DNA from: a virus
Direction: 5' to 3' (one strand)
IMG/VR virus record: IMGVR_UViG_3300032334_001019
Span: 54,465 to 118,464 of that record
Length of the DNA stretch: 64,000 bases
Part shown: positions 9,149-16,332 of the stretch, piece after piece
How positions within the stretch are numbered: the stretch's first letter is position 1
How the letters are laid out: each line of letters begins with the position of its first letter
Translations under genes and position numbers: made by a program
The notes under the pieces: generated by a model
What the model was told of the DNA's origin: nothing
The model's database searches: none
Seen by the model: only the letters and a program-made list of their open reading frames with translations

Positions 9149-9562
9149 CTAAATATCGATACGGTCAACACTGGATGATAAATAAGTTACACCCTGTGGT
9201 TCTGATACAGAATCAAAATCAATGTCATGAATTAAATTCATTGCTGATTCTTCATCTCGTGCATTGACTGTAATTGAATATTGAACTGTAACTTCTAGTT
9301 CAAATTCTTTTGATAATTCAAATCCGCAAATATCTGCAATTGATTGAGCAGTGTCTTCATCAATGGTACCAAATTCCATTGCTTCCAAGGTCCACTCTTG
9401 CATTTCGCTACGCATACGGGAGCGCTCTGCAGCCTCGCCATATGAGCGCTGAGTTACTGTTTGAATGTGCTCTTCAAGTTGCTTGATACGCTCATCCTTT
9501 TGTGCAATTTGAGATTGAAGAAAATCTATTGTTGTGTTTGGTATTACTGTTGTTTGGTCCAT
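9149..9562 (-). CDS. hypothetical protein with N-terminal coiled coil
   Basis: 137 aa, with its own promoter at 9595-9624. Confidence 0.7.
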   Translation of the reverse strand: MDQTTVIPNTTIDFLQSQIAQKDERIKQLEEHIQTVTQRSYGEAAERSRMRSEMQEWTLEAMEFGTIDEDTAQSIADICGFELSKEFELEVTVQYSITVNARDEESAMNLIHDIDFDSVSEPQGVTYLSSSVDRIDI

Positions 9563-9636
9563 GGGGGCCTTTTTCTGTTAGTTTGTTTAATTTAATTGTA
9601 CAGGTGCCCACTGACAAATGTCAAGGACCCTTGCGG

Positions 9637-9665
9637 GAAGCAGTTTAGCGACATACTTAGGTCGT
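9637..9665 (-). ncRNA. candidate pseudoknot element, copy 3
   Basis: CGAC-CT-AAGTA-T-GTCG-CT-AAAC-TGCTT. Confidence 0.65.
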
Positions 9666-9673
9666 TTATTTAA

Positions 9674-10096
9674 TTAGAGATAACGAGCAACCGCTTGATA
9701 AGTTGATGTGGAAACTACTTCCTCATCTGTCATCTTGAGGATACGAATTGCATTAAGCATTTCCTCTTTTTGCTCATTGTATGTGTGAGCGTGCATAACT
9801 GTAAAGTCACGCTGAGGCTCTTTAGGCAAATCCTTTTCTGCAACTGTTAGGTCATAGTCAATGTTTAGTGTATTGTTCCATGAACGATAGTTGGTGCGGA
9901 AGTTTTCTGCCTTCTTGATGTTAGCAATAGCATAGTCAGAAATCTCTTTCTGCCAAGCCTTACGAGCCTTCTCATACTTTGCTTCGTTTGCTTCTTGTGA
10001 TGAGTAATCTGACTCTAGTTTTGCTAGTGCAGTTTCTAGTGCCTTGATTACCTTTGGTGTTGCGATTTTAACTGAGATTGCTTTTCCTCTTGCCAT
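9674..10096 (-). CDS. hypothetical protein
   Basis: 140-aa, mostly helical-looking ORF with an AGAAAG RBS. Confidence 0.7.
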   Translation of the reverse strand: MARGKAISVKIATPKVIKALETALAKLESDYSSQEANEAKYEKARKAWQKEISDYAIANIKKAENFRTNYRSWNNTLNIDYDLTVAEKDLPKEPQRDFTVMHAHTYNEQKEEMLNAIRILKMTDEEVVSTSTYQAVARYL

Positions 10097-10132
10097 GTGT
10101 TAGGTCTCTTTCTGTTAGTTGGGGGGTGAGGT

Positions 10133-10160
10133 AAGCAGTTTGTATTCATGCTCAGGAATA
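10133..10160 (-). ncRNA. candidate pseudoknot element, copy 4
   Basis: TATTC-CT-GAGCA-T-GAATA-C-AAAC-TGCTT. Confidence 0.65.
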
Positions 10161-10166
10161 AGATAA

Positions 10167-10334
10167 TTACTGCTTAGGTGTCCAAGTGGTATAACGAGTC
10201 ATACCATTAACATCTAACTTTACACGAACATTACCATTTGCTTGTGGGTCAATGGCAAGGATTGTGCCTGTAACCTTTGACTTCTGTGAAGTGTATAGGT
10301 CGCCTACCTTGTATGTATTTGTTGCTACTGACAT
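10167..10334 (-). CDS. small SH3/KOW-like beta protein
   Basis: Start corrected to MSVATNTYKVGD (AAGGAG RBS, promoter at 10366-10394); KVGD..VTGTI..VRVKL pattern. Confidence 0.55.
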   Translation of the reverse strand: MSVATNTYKVGDLYTSQKSKVTGTILAIDPQANGNVRVKLDVNGMTRYTTWTPKQ

Positions 10335-10500
10335 TGTGTTTCTCCTTTTGTTTGTTGATAATCCAAGTATAACATTTCCTACTGACATTTTCAAGCCAGC
10401 CAAGAAAAATCTCACATCTTGGACTACGGGGGTTATTTTTTTCATACCTTAATTGTAGCAAGAAAATGTCAAAAATACAAATCCAAGCCCCAACAAGCGG

Positions 10501-10516
10501 TGTGAGAAAAATCACA
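10501..10516. promoter_or_regulatory. CRP/GlxR-type palindrome TGTGA-N6-TCACA
   Basis: Perfect match. Further perfect copies start at 7165, 12035, 12884, 13003, 14011 and 14232; one-mismatch copies at 14297 and 14532. Confidence 0.75.
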
Positions 10517-10652
10517 TCTTAAAGCGGTGTGTCAATTTGACAAATGACTGGTCAGCGACGTGGCCCTTTTTCAAGGGGATACTAAGATCCAGATGCACCA
10601 AGCATATTAGAAAGAATAACAATAAGAATTAAGATCATGAATAACTGTTTCA

Positions 10653-10970
10653 TTACTCTTCGTCTTCAATAAATACATAGAGTGGAATTAAATCAGTATA
10701 AGCAAATTGAATAACTTCTTTTTCACCAAACTCATTTTCTGTTTGAACATCATAGTTATCTCCTGTTGAGTCTGACTCAATAAATACAACCTCAACAATG
10801 TCATCACCAATCTTAACTAAATCACCAAGCATTAACTGGTCTGGTGTTAAAGTATCTGCGTGGATTAATTCCATAGCATTCATTGTAGCATTCATTTTAT
10901 TCCTCAATTCTGTTTTTGTATTTAAGTTTACGAGTGTATTTCTTTTTATTACGGACAGGGGTAGCCGCAT
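10653..10970 (-). CDS. acidic hypothetical protein
   Basis: The start is probably an internal Met following the GAGGA RBS. Confidence 0.55.
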   Translation of the reverse strand: MRLPLSVIKRNTLVNLNTKTELRNKMNATMNAMELIHADTLTPDQLMLGDLVKIGDDIVEVVFIESDSTGDNYDVQTENEFGEKEVIQFAYTDLIPLYVFIEDEE

Positions 10971-11002
10971 TACTACGGCGTAACTCCTGTATTCGATTAA
11001 CC

Positions 11003-11311
11003 TTACTCTTCATTACAGATACAATCTTCACAGTCACAACTCCAATCATGAGGCAACCATGCATCTAGGTGGTGTTGCTCAATGATAGCCCATGCTGGTG
11101 CAGTATCTTTGCCTCTGTAAGATACGCCTTCAGGCATCTCAATCTCACGATTAAAGTCCTCGTCATAGGCTGCATCAATAGCATCAATACAAGGCTGAAC
11201 CATGCTTAGTGGTACTGGAGGATAGTGATTACCTCTAAGGTGCATGCCAATAGCACTCTCAAGTGATAGATCAATGTTTTCTGCTAAGTCTAGTGCTGTA
11301 TTCATTCCCAT
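11003..11311 (-). CDS. hypothetical phage protein (HLRGNHYPPVP family)
   Basis: 102 aa, coupled to the upstream ORF. Confidence 0.65.
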   Translation of the reverse strand: MGMNTALDLAENIDLSLESAIGMHLRGNHYPPVPLSMVQPCIDAIDAAYDEDFNREIEMPEGVSYRGKDTAPAWAIIEQHHLDAWLPHDWSCDCEDCICNEE

Positions 11312-11538
11312 TATCGTGTTACCACCATTCCTGTTGTGTAGAGGGTCTTTGTATGCATCTTACCTGAAGGCTCTGACAAGTTAATTGTTGCGTATTCTTT
11401 AGCATCTCCACTATCAACAAACTGCTGAAAAGTTTCAACGGCACTTAATGCATCTGAGTAGCGACCAACCCAAGTAGGGGTAGGGGCTGAGTCATAGGTA
11501 CAAGTTACTGAGTATAGGTATTCATTCATTTTATGCAT
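11311..11538 (-). CDS. hypothetical protein
   Basis: 75 aa; TAATG coupling to the next gene. Confidence 0.6.
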   Translation of the reverse strand: MHKMNEYLYSVTCTYDSAPTPTWVGRYSDALSAVETFQQFVDSGDAKEYATINLSEPSGKMHTKTLYTTGMVVTR

Positions 11539-11710
11539 TCTCCAATGTGTATTCGTTCATTTCGTTACTAGCATACCATTCGGTGTATTCGTTGTAAAGC
11601 GACACACCCAATGAACACTCACAAAATTCTGTGTCGTATTCACCATGTCCATTACCAAAGAATAGGACACCCTCATCATAGCATTCCATGCAATTCCAAT
11701 TATTCATTAT

Positions 11711-11920
11711 TTATTCTCCTGTCTTTACGGCAACTGTTGCCCAAAAATTTTTAATTCCACGAGTGGGGGATACTTCAATGGCATACGCCTCAAAGTTTTC
11801 ACCATACCAAACACCATCACGCTTTTCTGCGTATAGGATAGTGCCTTCATCATGGCGAGAGTGTGAGCGATAGTATTTTCCCTCTAAGAGGCTTTCTATT
11901 GTATAAGGTTTTGCTGACAT
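11711..11920 (-). CDS. hypothetical protein
   Basis: Start corrected to MSAKPYTI, downstream of the promoter at 11965-11993. Confidence 0.55.
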   Translation of the reverse strand: MSAKPYTIESLLEGKYYRSHSRHDEGTILYAEKRDGVWYGENFEAYAIEVSPTRGIKNFWATVAVKTGE

Positions 11921-12122
11921 GAGCAACCTGCTTTCTTTTTGTTTAATTACTTTATTACTCTGTAATCCTATCATTTTCTACTGACAAATACAAGACGACA
12001 CGCCATAAATCTTAAAAAGTGAGACGCTGGAGAATGTGAGAAAAATCACACACACTTAAAGTTATACACACCCTGTGGACGACACGCCCGACTGCGGGAC
12101 GTCAAATTTTAGTTGAAAGTTA

Positions 12123-12150
12123 AAGCAGTTTTAAATCGTGCTTAGGATCT
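12123..12150 (-). ncRNA. candidate pseudoknot element, copy 5
   Basis: AGATC-CT-AAGCA-C-GATTT-A-AAAC-TGCTT. Confidence 0.6.
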
Positions 12151-12170
12151 CCCCTTAGCCTGGCTCCAGA

Positions 12171-12353
12171 CTAAACTAATTCATTTTCTTTAACGCAAGC
12201 GTTCCAAAATCTTGTTTCATCAAATCTTGGATTATCTGCACTAAACCATTCGCTAAATTCAAAAACTAAATCATTAAAAGAATGTGAATCCATTCTGTTG
12301 ATAAATTGGTTTAGAATGTTTGCAGTTTCTACATAGTCTTTGCGTGTCATCAT
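12171..12353 (-). CDS. hypothetical phage protein (MTRKDY...DNPRFD)
   Basis: 60-aa small early-type protein. Confidence 0.65.
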   Translation of the reverse strand: MMTRKDYVETANILNQFINRMDSHSFNDLVFEFSEWFSADNPRFDETRFWNACVKENELV

Positions 12354-12355
12354 GA

Positions 12356-12667
12356 TTACTCACCATCCAATTTTAAGAATGCGTAGGACCCACCCTCGTT
12401 GATGTGTTCTAATTGTGCAAGGACCTCATCACGAGTTGTATTTTCTGTAATTGTAAGCAACTCGTCAATCATGCCTTTGTTCATGTTAATAAACATTCCT
12501 TCAGGTAGGTTAATTACTTGAGGATAGACAACTGATTCAATTTCTACATGAGAAACAAAATCAAATCCTTTATGTGTAAAAGGAAATAGTGCAAAGCGTG
12601 TTGTTGTGTTAGTCATTAGAGTGTAGCCTTTCCTCGTAGTGTGCCAGTAATTCCTAGAGTGTCGCAA
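12356..12667 (-). CDS. hypothetical protein
   Basis: Probable start MTNTTT at 12616, coupled to the upstream ORF. Confidence 0.55.
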   Translation of the reverse strand: MRHSRNYWHTTRKGYTLMTNTTTRFALFPFTHKGFDFVSHVEIESVVYPQVINLPEGMFINMNKGMIDELLTITENTTRDEVLAQLEHINEGGSYAFLKLDGE

Positions 12668-12810
12668 GCGACTTTAACAGATACACCAACAGGCAAAGTC
12701 TGAGGGTATTGTGAAATAAATTGAGCAACCGCACCCTTGCTAGGGAGTGAGATAGATTTTACTGAACCTGAAAAAGTTTCTAGTTTTACAGTGTATGACA
12801 TGGATGTCAT
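12616..12810 (-). CDS. hypothetical protein
   Basis: 64 aa; GAAAGGA RBS, downstream of promoter 12834-12855. Confidence 0.6.
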   Translation of the reverse strand: MTSMSYTVKLETFSGSVKSISLPSKGAVAQFISQYPQTLPVGVSVKVACDTLGITGTLRGKATL

Positions 12811-13067
12811 CCTTTCGTTTAAGTGATAAGACTATCTTATCTTAGGGGGCTGACAAATTGGGCACTTATTTGCTTAGGCTCACTGTGATTTGCATCACAT
12901 TTATTTGCTAAGGCTCATGCTTATTTATCTTTATTTAATTGTTATAGTAGCAATACTAGCAGAGAAATGTCAAAAAGTCAAGTCCAAACACGGCGTGTCG
13001 CTTGTGATTCGTATCACATTTTACCTGAGAGTAGTCTGAGAGGCGACGTCGATTTTTTTTGCAGTAT

Positions 13068-13750
13068 TTACAAATTACTTTGTGAATACAAAAAACCAAA
13101 AACAATAAATGCAATCATTACAACGAGCATTATTTATTCTCCTCATCTTCAAAATCCAAAACTGCTTGATGGTATGCAACGGGGTCTAATTGTTTTAGAA
13201 TTTGCGAAGGATAAAAGTTTAAGTAACCAATCTGCACTACTGGATAAACTAAATCCATGAACTGATCAAATCTATCTTGTAAATCTTGATCCATTACTTA
13301 TCCTCCAAAACTTCCAAAATTGTTTTTAGTTGTTCTTCATTTAACAAAACCTGAGCACAACCCCAAAGATAAGCAAGGTAAGTATCTCCACGATTTTCTT
13401 TTGCAAGGTTAGTTACCTCTTGTACTAATTCTGTTTTCATTATGCAATTTCCATTTCATTATAGTCGATAACCTCAAAGTCAATTTGACTTTCAAGGGGC
13501 ATAGCCTTTAGCCATGATAGTGCAGAGTCAAAATCCTCTGCTTCAACAGTTACGAATAAATCAAAATTAAAAATAGCCATTTTGTTTATTCTCCTTTCTT
13601 GTATAAAAAATCCCAAGCCTTACGGCATAACACGATAGAGTTGCAATTATCGCAACAGATAACCCCATGAGGGTTTAACTCGAAATCATAGATGTCTACC
13701 ATAGTGGTAGTTGCGCCACATACAGAGCGCATAGGTGCAAAGGTGCTCAT
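13068..13750 (-). CDS. chain of five small ORFs, mostly coupled (13586..13750, 13440..13580, 13294..13440, 13130..13294, 13068..13130)
   Basis: Manual translation (MSTFAPMRSVC..., MAIFNFDLF..., MKTELVQEV..., MDQDLQDRF..., MLVVMIAF...); most are joined by TAATG overlaps and all are below the ORF-track size cut-off. Confidence 0.55.
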
Positions 13751-13929
13751 TTAGAAACCTTCCAATCTGTCCACATAGGGAACTGTTCAGGGTCACTATC
13801 ATAGTAGTAACGCTCTACATTGTTTTCACAATCCATGCAGAAAGTGTATTGTGTATCTAGTACCTCAGAGATAGCAGATAGCATAGGGTTATGCTCTACG
13901 CATACTATTGTTTTTTCTAGTGTTATCAT
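13747..13929 (-). CDS. small Cys-containing protein
   Basis: Start corrected to MITLEK (AGAAAGG RBS, promoter 13961-13982); CVEH and CMDC. Confidence 0.55.
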   Translation of the reverse strand: MITLEKTIVCVEHNPMLSAISEVLDTQYTFCMDCENNVERYYYDSDPEQFPMWTDWKVSK

Positions 13930-14251
13930 TTTGACAACCTTTCTTTTATTTATGCTAGTAAGTCTAGCATGGGGGTCTGACAAATAAGCCCTACTTGTGA
14001 GGGTGTTTAGTGTGATACTAGTCACACTTATGGAACTCTAGGTAGAACCTATCGTTACAGTTTGGACAGAGAGCATACTCTGACTCTGGAGATTTTGTCT
14101 CCCAAATTCTGTTAGTCATTTTGACCTAACCTTTCTAATCAAGAACCTTTCTTGATTTTCTTTATACTAGTAGTATAACAGGCACCACTGACAAATTAGC
14201 CTGTTTTTCGGGCGTGTCGGGAAAGTATTTTTGTGATAAGGGTCACATTAG

Positions 14252-14284
14252 TTATCCACAATGAATGGTCTGACCTGTGGATAA
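14252..14284. promoter_or_regulatory. inverted pair of perfect DnaA boxes
   Basis: TTATCCACA at 14252-14260 and TGTGGATAA at 14276-14284; also TTATACACA at 12062-12070. Confidence 0.6.
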
Positions 14285-14325
14285 CTCCACGTGGCGTGTG
14301 ATCTAAAACACATTATGTATACGGC

Positions 14326-14362
14326 GTGTCGTGTTGACTTTTGAGGTATGGTGTGCTAGAAT
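14326..14362 (+). promoter_or_regulatory. rightward promoter GTGTC-N3-TTGACT-N17-TAGAAT
   Basis: Marks the strand switch of the early region; a GACAC box abuts the -35. Confidence 0.65.
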
Positions 14363-14410
14363 ACTAGTATTAGAAAGTTAGAGAAGGTCTCTAAACTAGA
14401 AAGGACTAGA

Positions 14411-14536
14411 ATGTTAGTCAATAAATGTAAGGTCTGCCAATGGCAGACACCAGAAGGGCAAGACTATTTCTGCCCTGTCTGTTCAGACGCTGAAAAGCGT
14501 GTCTTTGTTCGCCTAGAGCAAGATGTGTGGGTGTGA
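14411..14536 (+). CDS. small zinc-finger-like protein (41 aa)
   Basis: CKVC and CPVC; GAAAGGA RBS. Confidence 0.5.
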   Translation: MLVNKCKVCQWQTPEGQDYFCPVCSDAEKRVFVRLEQDVWV

Positions 14537-14677
14537 CCAACACCACACGCTAAAGGCTTGACTTTTGGCATGGTATCTGATAAGATACTCCTATACAATT
14601 AAATAGAAATCCTAGTGAGCCCCTAGAAATAGGGCAAATAACCTAGGTCAGCAAAACTACTAAAGAAAGGTGTTCAC

Positions 14678-14824
14678 ATGAATACACTAGAAAGAATACA
14701 AGCAGAGCAAGCAGAGCGTCGCCTTGCTCAACGAATTAAGGATAAGGCTATTGTTGAGGCTATGTTCTCCAATAACTCTCGCCCCCTAAATAACGAGTAC
14801 CTACTAGCGAAAGAAGAAAACTAA
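14678..14824 (+). CDS. small hypothetical protein (48 aa)
   Basis: MNTLERIQAEQ...; AGAAAGG RBS. Confidence 0.5.
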   Translation: MNTLERIQAEQAERRLAQRIKDKAIVEAMFSNNSRPLNNEYLLAKEEN

Positions 14825-14933
14825 TTGCTATCTGCTATGTATGCACATACCTGCGAGTCATGCGGTGACACAGGGTTAATTATCTTTGATGAAAACAATA
14901 CACACATTGACCCTTGCAAGTGCGAGGGTATAA

Positions 14934-15356
14934 ATGAATAAGCGTTGCAATGTATGCGAATCCCTTATACATACTAAGACTACAGATAGAGCATTATGGT
15001 TTTGTGAGGATTGCCATTCTACATTTAAGTATCAAAGTGACAGATACAAGATAGCCAAGCAAAAGTTCACACAACTAACTAAGTTAGAGCGAGGCTGTGA
15101 GGCTGAGGGTGGTTGTGACTATACACAACAAGGACAAATGCTAAGTCATTACATGTTTGACTATGACCACATGAATCCTAAGATTAAAACTGCTGATGTG
15201 TCTGCTATGTGCGTCAATGGTAAGTGGTCATTTGATGACATTAAAAAAGAGATTGCTCAATGTCGTGTATTGTGCAAGATGCACCACGCACTAGTAACAG
15301 AAAAGCAATGGCTAGACCGCAAAAAGTCAAAGGTGGGTGTACTAGTAAACGCTTAG
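14934..15356 (+). CDS. HNH endonuclease-like protein
   Basis: N-terminal CxxC pairs; DYDHMNP...EIAQCRVLCKMHH. Confidence 0.7.
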   Translation: MNKRCNVCESLIHTKTTDRALWFCEDCHSTFKYQSDRYKIAKQKFTQLTKLERGCEAEGGCDYTQQGQMLSHYMFDYDHMNPKIKTADVSAMCVNGKWSFDDIKKEIAQCRVLCKMHHALVTEKQWLDRKKSKVGVLVNA

Positions 15357-15624
15357 TGGGTAGTAGTAGCATGAAGGTAGTGAGATTATGTGCTCACTAT
15401 CTTTTTTGTTTTTTGTTTTATAAATCATGTATCATACATCTGGACAAAATATTCAGATTTTAGGCAAATTGGGTTTTACAAATTTTTTCAGATTTGCCAG
15501 GAATACGATATAATTATTATATGTCAGAAACTGTAGAAAACATTCTATATCCAGAAAACCTCGCTCTAAAAATATTTTCAGATTTTTGTTGCAACGGATG
15601 TTCATGCAAAACTGAAAAAGATCA

Positions 15625-15822
15625 TCAATTAGATTGATTTTCTGCAGAGATACGATCTCTCCAATATTGCTCAGTTAGCATACGCATGTTTGCGATATCT
15701 TCGTATTTTTCCTGGGTAGACTCATTAAGATCTTCTAAGTCACAGTTCATTAAGTATTGACGTAAATCCATTTTCTTACTCCTTATTGTTTTTAAATTTT
15801 GGCATCGGACGATATATCTCAT
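15625..15822 (-). CDS. hypothetical protein
   Basis: Probable start MDLRQY after AAGGAG. Confidence 0.45.
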   Translation of the reverse strand: MRYIVRCQNLKTIRSKKMDLRQYLMNCDLEDLNESTQEKYEDIANMRMLTEQYWRDRISAENQSN

Positions 15823-15938
15823 GTATATCTAAATAATGGACTATCGTCTGATGTGTAACATTACACTCTTCTGCTATTTGTTTGGCAGGTTTGCGTTGCG
15901 TAACATATTGGTCATATAACCAATTTTTGTCACGGTAT

Positions 15939-16124
15939 TTAGCCAATGACGCCATTATTCTTTAATATATCATACAACATTCCATTAACAAAGTCTAACT
16001 GTGTACGACCTGATGTGATAAATTCCTCTATCTGACTTTCAGGGATTCCAGATTGCTGAGCGCCTTGACGATTCATATTATCAATTGCATCTGACATTAA
16101 CTTTACTACTTCATCTCTATACAT
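15939..16124 (-). CDS. hypothetical protein
   Basis: 61 aa, last of the coupled minus-strand run starting at 17779. Confidence 0.55.
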   Translation of the reverse strand: MYRDEVVKLMSDAIDNMNRQGAQQSGIPESQIEEFITSGRTQLDFVNGMLYDILKNNGVIG

Positions 16125-16128
16125 TCTT

Positions 16129-16332
16129 TCACCATTTCTCTATTGGACATTTAGCCTGTTTTAAAGTTGACTTTAATTTCATAAAGCAACCACACTTTTT
16201 ACATTTTGCAAGTCGTTTGTTAAACCACTCACACTCATTACAGATTTTTAGGCGGGATTCAATGAGTTCACGATCTGATCTTGGCTGATTAGGATCAAAT
16301 AAGTCACCAAAGGTAACATCACTCATTTCCAA
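16129..16332 (-). CDS. DUF6171-like Cys-rich metal-binding protein
   Basis: RLKICNEC...CKKCGCFMKLKSTL..AKCPIEKW. Confidence 0.6.
   Translation of the reverse strand: MEMSDVTFGDLFDPNQPRSDRELIESRLKICNECEWFNKRLAKCKKCGCFMKLKSTLKQAKCPIEKW

Noticed and set aside
7887-12150. CRISPR array interpretation of the five ~28-nt repeats
   Set aside because: Copies are 0.5-2 kb apart, separated by whole genes, and vary in a base-pair-compensating way; no cas genes are present.
12967-13260. Plus-strand 97-aa ORF in the track
   Set aside because: It overlaps regulatory boxes and a chain of coupled minus-strand ORFs that fit the local gene direction.
14934-15356. HNH gene as part of an intron or other mobile element
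   Set aside because: It is free-standing, with no interrupted host gene or intron core visible.
15450-15590. Three TTCAGATTT copies
   Set aside because: Short, AT-rich and irregularly spaced, with one inside a probable small ORF (15521..15637); not distinguishable from chance.
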